DNA of 64,000 bases. It comes from an uncultured Solirubrobacterales bacterium (GTDB taxonomy: Bacteria; Actinomycetota; Thermoleophilia; Solirubrobacterales; 70-9). The translations under genes were made by a program, and so were the position numbers. Positions 54,016 through 63,004 of the stretch are shown here, piece after piece. Each line of letters begins with the position of its first letter. Within the stretch, counting starts at the first letter, position 1. The stretch lies in NCBI GenBank assembly GCA_963774395.1, contig CAVZET010000006.1:431148-495147 (forward strand), in the 5' to 3' direction. Below the pieces are notes generated by a model. That model was given only the letters and a program-made list of their open reading frames with translations. It was not told the DNA's origin and did no database searches.

Positions 54016-54496
54016 TCGCTCAGCTCGGCCCGGCTCCAGCCCAGGCGGACCGGACGGGCGGCTTGCGCCGCGAGCCGCTCGGTCAGCTCGTCGGCCTGCG
54101 CCTCGATCTCGCTCGGCTCTCGTCGCCCCAGGCGTCGGCGTTCCAGATCTCGAGGTGGTCGCCGACGCCGACGATCAGCGAGGGGCCGTCGAGAGCCCGG
54201 CGTGCTCGATCAGGTTCTTGTTGATGCGGATGCGGCCGGCCGAGTCGAGCTCGACCTCGTCCGAGGAGCCGAAGAACCGAGCGGCGGATCCGGCGCGCGT
54301 CGGCGCCCATCGGGTTGAGCGGCGCGATCCAGGCCGCCTCCATCGCCTCGGCGGCGGCCTTCGGCCAGACCTCGACGCACTTCTCGACGCCCTCCATCAC
54401 GACGACCCCGTCGGCGAGGGCGGCGCGCTGGTCGGCCGGGACCGTGATCCGGTCCTTTGCGTCGAGGCTGTGCTCGTGCTGTCCGCGGAATGCCAT
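54003..54496 (-). CDS. mraZ: division/cell wall cluster transcriptional regulator MraZ; frameshifts; 3' end uncertain (alternative stop at 54083)
   Basis: MAFRGQHEHSLDAKDRITVPA (first SpoVT/AbrB-like half, ATG at 54496) and LIVGVGDHLEIWNADAW (second half). First gene of the dcw cluster. Confidence 0.8.
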
Positions 54497-54628
54497 CTTG
54501 CGTGAGGAGGTTTGTGGTGCTGGTGTGGCGAAATCGGTCGGGTGAGAAAAGAGAGAGGGCCGAGGTGAGGAGATGGGAGGAATCTCCACACCCCGGCCCT
54601 GGTGATCACAACTGGTGCGACACAGTAC

Positions 54629-54653
54629 CCCACTTCTCGCCACAACGCCACAC
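54629..54653 (-). promoter_or_regulatory. candidate MraZ operator: three GTGG-containing direct repeats upstream of mraZ
   Basis: The minus strand reads tgtgtggcg-ttgtggcgag-aagtggggta, with GTGG cores 8-9 nt apart, about 135-160 nt upstream of the mraZ ATG. Confidence 0.35.
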
Positions 54654-55019
54654 AATCTGCACCCGGCACTACACAGGCTCCGTCGGACGGAACTGCTACC
54701 GGGGCCCACGGCGACCGAAAACGGCTTGACAAGTGGCAATCGGGCTCGGTGGGAGACGCTGCCCACCGCCCCCGCCGCCCCGACTCCTTCCTGCAACGCC
54801 CCTTGCACCGCGCGGTGCCGCGGGCCGGGCCGGTAGATTGCGCGGCGATGGCAGCCGGAAGGCCCGACAGACGCCGACTGAGCCCCCGCCGGGCGCGCAG
54901 CCGGAGGAGATCGAGAGCGCGCGGTCCCTCGCCGAGCCTCCCTGCCGTGCCCCAGGACACCGACGACACCCGCGGCCGGCACTTGCGCTCGCTCTCGGCG
55001 AATCCGTGGGTGCTCGAGC

Positions 55020-55783
55020 ATCGACGCACTTCTTCTGATCGTCGCCTTCATCGCCGGCACCGCCGGCGCCGGCGCCGCGATCGGCGGCGGCGGCCGCCGG
55101 GGCGATGCTGCTGCTGGCGATCCTGATCGTCTTCGTGATCGCCTCGAACCGGGCCAAGGAGGACTTCTTCAACGCCTACGCGACCGCCCGCGGCCTCAAC
55201 CGCCAGACGGCAGGGCTCCCTGCCGCCGACCACGCCGCTGCTGCGCAAGGGCGATCGCCGCTACGGCGAGCAGATCATGAACGGCACCCTGCCCAGCGGC
55301 CTGCCCGGCGCCCTCGCCCTCTACACCTACGAGGAGCGCAGCCGCGACAGCGACGGCAACGAGGACGTCGACTACTACCGCTTCACCGTCGTCATGCACG
55401 ACATGCCCGCGGTCGCCCAGCAGGTCAGCGACATCTACTGCCAGCGCCGCTCCGGCTTCCGCTGGATGGACTCCGCCGAGGACGTCTTCCGGCGGATGAA
55501 GCGGCTCGAGCTCGAGAGCACCGAGCTCGACAAGCGCTACGAGATCTTCTACGGCCCCAACGACGACGAGGTCTGGCTCAAGCGCCTGTTCTGCCCCAAG
55601 TTCATCGTCTGGCTCAGCGAGGCGGCGCCCGACGGGATCGCCTTCGAGTGCTCCGCCGGCAGCCTCTGCGTGAACCGCAAGGGCCACCTCGACAGCGCCG
55701 CCGAGCTCGACGGCATCTGCAACGCCGCCGGCGCGATCGCCCGCCGGCTGGCCGGCGAGGCCGAGCAGTCGACGCTGCGATAG
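55020..55783 (+). CDS. hypothetical membrane-anchored protein; frameshift(s) near 55095 and 55240; start not resolved
   Basis: Hydrophobic N-terminus (LLLIVAFIAGTAGAGAAIGGG.. / MLLLAILIVFVIASNRAKEDFFNAYATARGL) joins ORF 55277..55783 (GEQIMNGTLPSGLPGALALYTYEERSRDSDGNEDVDYYRFTVVMHD...). Confidence 0.5.
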
Positions 55784-55793
55784 GCGCCCGGCT

Positions 55794-56145
55794 CAGCTGT
55801 CGCCGTCGGTCGATGGCGCGCTCGTAGTTGAGCCGCATCAGCGCGATCGCCTCGGCGACGTCCGCGTCGGACTCGAGCCGCCGGGCGCCAAGGCCGTGGC
55901 GATCGATCGGGTGCGTCGTGATCCGGCCCGCGTCGATGAGCTCGCGCCATTGGGCTCTTGGGAAGGCGAAGTGCGCGACGCGGTCCCCGTGCACGTGGCC
56001 GATCTGCCGGCGGCCGACGCTGAAGCCGTACTCCCCGCGCTTGCCCCAGGCCCGCCGTCACGCCCGGCCATGAGGTCACCTCGGTCTCGATCAGCTCAGC
56101 CGGGCCGCCCGCGATACCGGGCCGGTCCTCCATCGTCGTGCTCAT
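55794..56145 (-). CDS. small hypothetical protein (luciferase-domain/PF17648-like, from memory only); one frameshift
   Basis: MSTTMEDRPGIAGGPAELIETEVTSWPGVTAG (55549..56145) joins HGDRVAHFAFPRAQWRELIDAGRITTHPIDRHGLGARRLESDADVAEAIALMRLNYERAI (55614..55994). Confidence 0.45.
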
Positions 56146-56246
56146 CGCCGTCTCCTCTCGAGGTTGATCAGGTTCCGGCTCGAGCGTACGACCTCAAGTG
56201 CCCTTGAAGTCAAGGCCTGCCGCGAGAAACGGGGTGAGTGGCGGGA

Positions 56247-56558
56247 TCAGGGCCGCGTGAAGATCGCGTGGGATCCAACTCGGCGCCAGCGGACCGCCGG
56301 CTCGCCTTCAATCGTGATCCACTCCCACGTGGCGCGACCGTCGGGGTCGGTGAAGCTCCAGGTCAGCTCCCAGATCCCCGGCGCTCCCTGGACTCCCTTG
56401 ATCCCCAGGCGTGCCGGCCAGGGCCTGCCGGGATCCTCGAGGTGCTCGTCCAGCGCGGGGTTGAACTCCTCGAGCACGACCCGTCGGAACTCCTCCTTGT
56501 GCGCTGCCGAGAGCTTCCGGTAGTCGCGCGCGAAGCTCTCGGTCCGTTCGTATCTCAC
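56247..56558 (-). CDS. putative type II toxin, RelE/ParE superfamily-like; intact
   Basis: 103-aa ORF (FARDYRKLSAAHKEEF...GIKGVQGAPGIWELTWSF...VRWRRVGSHAIF) whose start overlaps the stop of an AbrB-type antitoxin gene (ATGA). Confidence 0.55.
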   Translation of the reverse strand: MRYERTESFARDYRKLSAAHKEEFRRVVLEEFNPALDEHLEDPGRPWPARLGIKGVQGAPGIWELTWSFTDPDGRATWEWITIEGEPAVRWRRVGSHAIFTRP

Positions 56559-56851
56559 TCGTCCTTGTCGAGCTCGGCGAGGAAGTCGGCGGCACTCTCC
56601 GAGCGCCGCACGCGGCCGGCCGCGACGTCGGCGTCGGCCTGACGCTCCATCTCCTGCCAGCGCTCACTCCAGAACCACTTCTGATCCGCGGGGACGGGCA
56701 CATGCGGCCGCAGCTCGATCACGCCGTCATCGCGCTCGGCGACCTCGACTTGCGCGCCGGGCTCGTCCAGATGATGCTTCTTGCGGAACTCCGCAGGCAG
56801 GGCGAGGAGGCCGCGCTGCTGGATGGTGACGAAGGTGGTCCTGTTCGCCAT
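56555..56851 (-). CDS. putative type II antitoxin, AbrB/MazE/SpoVT fold; intact
   Basis: MANRTTFVTIQQRGLLALPAEFRKKHHLDEPGAQVEVAERDDGVIELRP (swapped-hairpin motif pattern) plus an acidic tail. The ATG at 56851 is preferred to the longer ORF start at 56905. Confidence 0.6.
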   Translation of the reverse strand: MANRTTFVTIQQRGLLALPAEFRKKHHLDEPGAQVEVAERDDGVIELRPHVPVPADQKWFWSERWQEMERQADADVAAGRVRRSESAADFLAELDKDE

Positions 56852-56861
56852 GCGGCGGAGC

Positions 56862-57735
56862 CTAGCAGTGATACTGCAATGCAGCATTACCGTGGATTGC
56901 TTCAACCAGCCCGCTGAGCAGCGCGTCGGCGTTGGCGGCGATCGCGGCGCCGACCAGCAGCAGGACCGACGGGACGAGCAGCAGGGCGACGACGAGCTGG
57001 ATCTTCGGCGCGGCGCGGGCGGCGTCCTCGGCGATCGCGCGGCCCTGCTCGACGCGCAGCGCGGCCGCCTGCGCCTGAAGGCCGGCGGCGAGCGGCGAGC
57101 CGAGTCGCCGGGAGCGGTCGATCAGGACCGAGAGGCGGGCGAGATCGGGCCCGCCCTCTGCCCCGAGGCGGGCGAGGAGTGCGCCTGCGGGACCCCGCAC
57201 TCGATCTCCGCCCAGGCCCCGGCGAGCTCGGTGTGCAGGGGCCCGGCGCCGAGCGCCGTGCGCGCGTCGGCGAGCAGCCGCGGCGGGCCGGCCCCGGTCT
57301 CCGCCCGCGCCGCCATCAGCTCGAGCGCGCCGGGCAGGGCGCGGGCGATCGCCCGGCGGCGGCGGCTGCCGAGCCGCTCGAGGACGAGGTCGGGCCCGGC
57401 CGCGGCGCCGCGGGCACGGCGAGCAGACCAGCAGCCCCGTCCGCCCTGGCGCCGCGGGCGCAAGCGAGACCGCCAGCGGCATCGCCGAGCAGGCCGACGC
57501 CGCCCGGGCCGCGAGCACGACTTGACGGTGAGCCGGCCGCCGAGCCCGGCGTCCCTGATCCGCCGCTCGACGCCCGGCGTCGCCGGGGAGGAGATCAGCC
57601 GCCCGGTCGGGCTGCGCTGCGCGCGCGCCGCCGCCCGCCGACGGCGTCGCCGACCGCGTCCCCGTGCGACCCCCAGAGCTCGCGGATCGCGGCCGCGGCA
57701 AGCAGCACCGCGCCGATCGCCGTCAGCGCGCTCAC
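56862..57735 (-). CDS. tadC: type II secretion system F-family protein, TadC-like; frameshifts
   Basis: ALPGALELMAARAETGAGP...AWAEIECGVP (57122..57463) and SRRLGSPLAAGLQAQAAALRVEQGRAIAEDAARAAPKIQLVVALLLVPSVLLLVGAAI (56862..57701). The GTG at 57735 overlaps the tadB stop. Confidence 0.65.
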
Positions 57736-58580
57736 GCCCGGACCCGGCCGAGTCGCTGGATCACGATCCAGGCGAGCAGCTGCAGGCCGACCGCGATGGC
57801 GACCAGCACGGCGGCCAGCGGCTCGCTGAGCAGGCTGCCGAGGAAGCCCGGCGCGACGAGCTCGACCAGCAGGCCGACGGCGACGGGCATCGCGACGACC
57901 ATGCCGCCGGTGAGGCGAGCCTGCGCGGTCGCCGAGCGCGCCTCGGCCCGCGCCCGCTGGCGCGCCTCGGCGGCGTCGCCGTGGCGGGCGAGCAGGCCGA
58001 CGAGATCGCCGCCCGAGCGCTCCTGCGAGCAGATCGCGGCGATCAGCTCGCCGATCTCCGCCGACCCCGAGCGCTGCGCCATCGCCTCCAGCGCCGCCCG
58101 CGGCGGCACGCCGAGCTCGAGGTCGGCGCAGACCCGGCCGAGCTCCGTCGCCGGCGGGCCTTCGAGCGTCGGGGCGAGATCGACGAGCCCGCGGCGGATC
58201 GAGCCGCTCGAGCCGATCCCGTCGGCGAGCCCACGGGCGATCTCCGGCACCGCCTGCTTCCAGGGCAAGCCGGTAGCGGCGCTCGCCGCGGGAGATCAGG
58301 CGGCCCGCGACCCACGGGCCGAGGGCGGCGAGCGCGACGGCGGGCCCGGGGCCGGCACGGTCAGCGTCAGCAGAGCCAGCCCGGCGCCGCTCAGGATCCC
58401 GAGCCGGCGGCGCTCGATCACGGTCGGCAGCCGACCCTCGCGGCCGGTCCGCAGCAGCGCCTCGGCCGCCGAGCCGACCCAGCGGCGGACGACGGGGAGG
58501 CTCGAGAGCAGCTCGGCGACCGCGAGCGCCAGCGCGGCCCCGCCGGCGCCGGCGATCAGGATCGGCAGCGCGACCCCCAC
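57732..58580 (-). CDS. tadB: type II secretion system F-family protein, TadB-like; one frameshift near 58300
   Basis: TM N-terminus MGVALPILIAGAGGAALALAVAELL (58296..58580) and ADLELGVPPRAALEAMAQRSGSAEIGELIAAICSQERSGGDLVGLL...ARLTGGMVVAMPVAVG (57732..58268). Confidence 0.68.
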
Positions 58581-58581
58581 C

Positions 58582-59763
58582 TCAGCCCCTCCACCGCCTC
58601 CCGCCGCCAGAGCTCGCGCAGCTCCGGGGCGTCGGCGTCACCCTCGATCGCCAGAGTAGGACACGGCCGCCCGGCCGCCGCCCGGCAGGCGACTGACGTG
58701 GACGACCCGGTCGAGCGCGCCCGCAAGCTGCTCTCGCACGACCTCGGCACCGACCCGCAGGTCGGACATCAGCGCGAGCATCTCGACCCGGCGCAGGGCC
58801 TCGGCCGGCCCGTTCGCGTGCACCGTCGAAAGCGCGCCCGGCATGACCCGTGTTGAGCGCGACGATCAGGTCCATCGCCTCGGCGCCGCGGACCTCGCCG
58901 ATGATCAGCCTGTCGGGCCGCATGCGCAGGGCATTGCGGACCAGATCGCGGATCGTCACCGCACCGGCGCCGCCGAGCCCCGCAGGCCGGCTCTCGAGGC
59001 GGACGACGTGCGGCTGGCAGAGCCGCAGCTCGGCCGCGTCCTCGATCGTGATCACGCGCTCGCCCGCGGCGATGAAGGCCGAGAGCGCGTTGAGCAGCGT
59101 CGTCTTGCCCGACCCCGTGCCGCCGCTGATCAGGATGCTGCGCCGCGCCTCGACGTCCGCGCGGAGCAGGTCCATGAGTTCGGCCGGAACCGAGCCGCGC
59201 TCGATCAGCTCCTCAGGCCCCGGACGCAGCGCCGCGAAGCGCCTGATCGAAATCGTCACGCCGTCGATCGCCAGCGGCGGGATGATCACATTGACGCGCG
59301 AGCCGTCATCGAGGCGGCCGTCGGCGATCGGGCTGAGCTCGTCGACACGGCGGCCGAGGGGGCCGAGGATGCGTTCAACGACGTCGTGCAGCTGCGCCTC
59401 GCTCTCGAAGGCCGAGTCGCGCCGCTCGAGGCGGCCGGCGCGCTCGATCCAGACCTCGTCGTGCCCGTTGACGAGCACCTCCTCGACCTCGGGGTCGCCG
59501 AGCAGCTCCTCGAGCGGTCCAAGGCCGACGGTCTCGCGCAGCAGGCGCGCCCGCAAGAGCTCCCTGCTGGCGGCCGAGAGCAGCGCCGCCTCCTCGCCGA
59601 GGAGCGCCTCGAGCTGCTCGGCAACCGCCGGGGCAGATCCACCCCGGCGGCGATCGCCGCCGCCCGATGTCGATCGATCAGGCGGCCGCGCAGCTCCTCG
59701 GCCAGCGCGCCCGACCCGCTCCTCGAGCAGCTCCTCGGGATCGCGTGCCCGGGCCGCGCTCAT
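58582..59763 (-). CDS. cpaF: CpaF/TadA-family secretion ATPase; frameshifts
   Basis: EEVLVNGHDEVWIERAG...RVNVIIPPLAIDGVTISIRRF...ILISGGTGSGKTTLLNAL...ITIEDAAEL...RMRPDRLIIGEVRGAEA (58582..60099) and STVHANGPAEAL (58638..58844). Confidence 0.82.
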   Translation of the reverse strand: MSAARARDPEELLEERVGRAGRGAARPPDRSTSGGGDRRRGGSAPAVAEQLEALLGEEAALLSAASRELLRARLLRETVGLGPLEELLGDPEVEEVLVNGHDEVWIERAGRLERRDSAFESEAQLHDVVERILGPLGRRVDELSPIADGRLDDGSRVNVIIPPLAIDGVTISIRRFAALRPGPEELIERGSVPAELMDLLRADVEARRSILISGGTGSGKTTLLNALSAFIAAGERVITIEDAAELRLCQPHVVRLESRPAGLGGAGAVTIRDLVRNALRMRPDRLIIGEVRGAEAMDLIVALNTGHAGRAFDGARERAGRGPAPGRDARADVRPAGRCRGRARAACGRARPGRPRQSPAGRRPGGRVLLWRSRVTPTPRSCASSGGGRRWRG

Positions 59764-60469
59764 CGCCCCAGCAACCTGACCTCGCGCGCGTAGTTGTCGG
59801 CCTCGATCACGGCCAGCGCCCGGCGACCGGTCGAGGGCCAGCGTTGCCAGCCAGCCTCCCGTCGCGGGGTCGGCACCGCTGCCGTCGTCGGCGGACCGGG
59901 GTGAGCGCGAGCAGGCGGACGTCGCGCGCGAGGACGTGGACGCGAGGGTCGGTCGTCGACCCGGGCTCGTCCGCGGCGAGCACGTCGACCCTCGAGCCGG
60001 GCCGCGGCAAGCCACTGCTCGAGCTCGCGGGGCCGCCGCTGACCTCGACCTCGACTGGTCGCAGGCCGGCGGGCAGCGAGCTCGGGCCGTGCTCGTCATG
60101 GGAAGAGCGACGCGCCAGCAACGCGGCCGGTCAGATACGACCCGGCGGGAACCGGCACCGCGGTTCGTGATCCGGCCGCGGACGCCGGGTCAGCGAGCGC
60201 GTCGGGCGGCGCGAAGCGGGCTGGGATCTCGCGGCTGCCGAGGCGCTTGGCGACGGCCGGCGCATCGAGCCGGCTACCCCGCTCGAGCGGGCGCTCGGCG
60301 ACGACGACCGTCCGCAACGGGCCAAGCGCCGGCATCGGAGCCCGCCCCGGAGTGTGCTGCGGCGCCGGCCGAGAGGGCGGCGCAGAGCAGCGCCAGCACG
60401 CCGAGGACGAGGGCGCGGCGTCGGCCGCGGCCGACGGGCGGGCCGGGATCGGCGGCGCGCGGCCGCCAT
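59760..60469 (-). CDS. cpaB: Flp pilus assembly protein CpaB/RcpC-like; frameshifts
   Basis: Reconstructed N-terminal TM RRALVLGVLALLCAALSAGAAA, then LRTVVVAERPLERGSRLDAPAVAKRLGSREIPARFAPPDAL...VPAGSYLT (60096..60653) and GLRPVEVEVSGGPA...GSRVDVL (59807..60121). The ATG overlaps the kinase stop. Confidence 0.6.
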
Positions 60470-61167
60470 CAGCGCGCGCCGCTCGGACGGTCCGCGCGGG
60501 GCAGCTCGAGCGCCGCGACGACGGTCCCCTCCGCGTCCAGAGCGGGGTGGAATCAGCGCCCCGGCCGCGGAGGCGGCCTCCCTGCCGGCGATCCGCAGGC
60601 CGTGGCCGCGGCGCGGGTCCGCGACGCCGGTCGGCCTGCGGGATCGCCTCCATCGAGCGGCGCCGCTCCGGGGCGTCGCCGGTTGCGGACCTCGAGCCGC
60701 AGCGAGCGCTCGCTGATCTCGGCGTCGAGCTCGACGGGGCCGCGGCCGTGCTCGACCCCGTTGGCGATCAGGTTGTCGAGTGCCATGCCGAGCCGCGAGC
60801 GATCGGCCATCGAGCGCGCGCGGGCCGGGCCGTGGCGCGGACGCGGACGCGCGGCCCGGCGCCGCCCCAGCGGGCCGCCGCATCGCCGAGCAGGTCCGCG
60901 AGCGTGAAGCTCTGCCGCCGCGGCGCCGCTCGCCCACCGTCGACCGCGGCCTCGAGATCGGCGAGCGCCGTCCGCAGCTGTGCGGCGAGCGGATCGGTGC
61001 CCTCCGGATCGAGGGCGAGCGTCATCGCCTGCAGCGGCCGGCGCAGCTCATGCAGGGCCTCGCGCAGCGCGCGCCGTCGGCGGCGCTCACGCCGGCAGGC
61101 GCCAGGTCGCGATCGCGCCGGTCGCGAGCAGCGCGGCGAGCGTCACTGCCACGAGCACCGTCCTCAC
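60469..61167 (-). CDS. small membrane-anchored sensor histidine kinase (one TM, HisKA, HATPase_c; no obvious sensor domain); frameshifts
   Basis: VRTVLVAVTLAALLATGAIATW (GTG at 61167), reconstructed H-box LREALHELRRPLQAM, N-box LGMALDNLIANGVEHG (60553..60810), and G-box region GHGLRIA. End FHPALDAEGTVVAALELP, with a TGA at 60469..60471. Confidence 0.65.
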
Positions 61168-61881
61168 CCGCCCTCGACCAGCCGGTAGCCGACGCCCCAG
61201 CAGTTGATCACGAAGCGGCCGCGCTCGGGGTCGAGCTTGCGCCGCAGGCGGCTGGCGTGGGAGTCGAGCGTTCGCGTGCGGCCAGCCGCGCGGAAGCCCC
61301 AGACGTCGCGCAGCAGCTCCTGCTTGGTGAAGACCCGCGTCGGCTCGGCCGCCAGCGCGCGCAGCAGCTCGAACTCCTTGTTGGCGAGCTGCACCTCGCG
61401 CTCGCCGACGCGGACCTCGCGGCTCGCCGAATCGACCCTCAGGGGCCCGATCCGAAGCGGCCCGCCCCGGGCCCCGTCCCGGGCCTCGAGCAGCCGCCGC
61501 AGGCGGGCCAGCAGCTCCGGGTAATGAAACGGCTTGCATAGGTAATCGTCGGCGCCCTCGCCGAAGCCGCGAACCCGGTCCTCGGCCGAGCCAGCGGCCG
61601 GTGATGACGAGCACCGGCAGCCCGGCGTCGAACTCCGCCGCAGGTCCGTCGGAGGCGCGGATCCGGCGCAGGACGTCGAGGCCGGCGGCGTCGGGCAGGG
61701 CGAGGTCGAGCAGCAGCGCGTCGGGATGGCTGTAGCGGCAGAAGCGCAGCGCGTCGGCCGCGGTCGGCGCGGCGAGCGCGTGGTAGCGGTCCGCCTCGAG
61801 GTTGTCGACGAGCAGCTCCCGCGTCACCTCGTCGTCCTCGCAGACGACGATCGTCCCCAGGTCATCGATCTCCGGCAGCAT
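61164..61881 (-). CDS. OmpR/PhoB-family response regulator; frameshift near 61590
   Basis: Receiver TIVVCEDDEVTRELLVDNLE...DALLLDLALPDAAGLDVLRRIR...LPVLVITG (ATG at 61881, preceded by AAGGAG). Winged helix LANKEFELLRALAAEPTRVFTKQELLRDVWG...LDSHASRLRRKL...GVGYRLV (61164..61394). Confidence 0.8.
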
Positions 61882-61987
61882 CTCTGTCTCCTTCGGTAGG
61901 CCGGCGTGTGCATCCCGGCAAACCCCGGGCCACCTCCGCGCGCCCCCAGAGGGGCTCGCCCGGGCGTTTCGTCGGGAATCGCCCCCC

Positions 61988-62335
61988 TCACAGGGGGTCA
62001 GATCCAGACGAAACCGGCGGATGTGTCGGCGCCGGCAGCTCGAGCACCGCGCTCGCACCCCGCTCGACCAGCATCCGCCGCGGCCCCACCCCCAGCTCGC
62101 TGCGTATGCACGTGCCCTCGGCGTTGAGGAAGTGGACGTCGAGCGCGAACCGCATCCCGAAGGTATGGATCGAGCGGCAGCGCTCGAGCAGCAATCCCCT
62201 CGGCGCCGACTCTCGCCGGAGCAGAGCCAGCCCGAGCAGGCGGCTCAGCGGCGTCGCGGCGACCGGCACACGCAGGCCCAGGACCTCCGCCTGCGGCAGG
62301 TCGCGGAAGCGTCGGGCGGGCGGGCCGGGTCGCAC
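61988..62335 (-). CDS. DUF192 (COG1430) domain-containing protein; intact
   Basis: 115-aa ORF: ATPLSRLLGLALLRRESAPRGLLLERCRSIHTFGMRFALDVHFLN matches the DUF192 pattern (GL...R, IHTFGMRFP.D) from memory. Confidence 0.6.
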   Translation of the reverse strand: MRPGPPARRFRDLPQAEVLGLRVPVAATPLSRLLGLALLRRESAPRGLLLERCRSIHTFGMRFALDVHFLNAEGTCIRSELGVGPRRMLVERGASAVLELPAPTHPPVSSGSDPL

Positions 62336-62475
62336 GCCCCCTCAAGCCCGTTCGCCCTCGGCGCGCCCCACACAGCCGGGGGCAATCCGCCGGACCTGGA
62401 CGAGGGCAGGCGTCGAGGCCACCTACCCCGGGGGGCGGCAGCCTCGCGCTATCCGGCTCTATCGGTGTCTGCGTA

Positions 62476-62712
62476 TCAGCGCTTGCCGCCCTTACCCCCC
62501 TTGCCGTCGTGCTTGTGGCCCTTGCTGCCGTGCTTATGGCCCTTGCTGTCGTGCTTGTGGCCCTTGCCCTTGCTGTCGTGCTTCTGCCCGTGGTGGTCGT
62601 GCTTGCTGGCACTCTGGGCGGGCGAGGCGACGGCCTGGGCAGCGCCAACTCCGCCGAGCGCGAGGGCTGCGGTGGCTCCGAGGGCTGCAATTCTGGTCCG
62701 GTTGATGATCAT
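62476..62712 (-). CDS. small secreted His/Lys-rich repeat protein (78 aa); intact
   Basis: ATG at 62712 preceded by GGAGAAAAGGAGAAAAGC. Sec-type signal MIINRTRIAALGATAALALGGVGAAQA, then KHDHHGQKHDSKGKGHKHDSKGHKHGSKGHKHDGKGGKGGKR. Confidence 0.65.
   Translation of the reverse strand: MIINRTRIAALGATAALALGGVGAAQAVASPAQSASKHDHHGQKHDSKGKGHKHDSKGHKHGSKGHKHDGKGGKGGKR
62506..62606 (-). repeat. imperfect 18-27 nt tandem DNA repeats encoding the HKHDSKG units
   Basis: The plus strand shows gtcgtgcttgtggcccttgct repeated with small variations four to five times. Confidence 0.7.
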
Positions 62713-63004
62713 GCTTTTCTCCTTTTCTCCTTTCGAGCCGCAGGAGGCGGCTTCCGATGGACTCCGAGTCTGCTCCCCGGCCGGCAAGCGGCAGGGAACG
62801 GTCGGGTTAGGAGCAGGCAAAGCTCGTCCGCGGCCCTGGCGCCGCCCGCGGCGCTACCCGTCGACGGCCCGCCGCGCATTCCTCCCGGGCGGCGATGGGT
62901 GCAAGCCTGCGTTCAGGCGCCGGCGGGCCTCGACCGCGATCGTGAGCGTTCGAAAACATCCGCATCCCGCGGCGGGGGAGGCCCGCGTCGGGAGGTCACA
63001 ACTG

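Noticed and set aside
54606-54617. Identical 12-mer tcacaactggtg at 54606..54617 (mraZ leader) and 62996..63007 (just upstream of and overlapping the GTG of the 63005 ORF)
   Set aside because: This is a single short match with no extended similarity on either side, and the contexts differ (leader versus ribosome-binding site and start). I cannot distinguish it from chance without a genome-wide count.
56247-56851. Whether the toxin-antitoxin pair marks a mobile element or genomic island
   Set aside because: No integrase, transposase, tRNA target or flanking direct repeats are visible. Only the local GC dip at the tadC junction hints at insertion, and that is reported separately.
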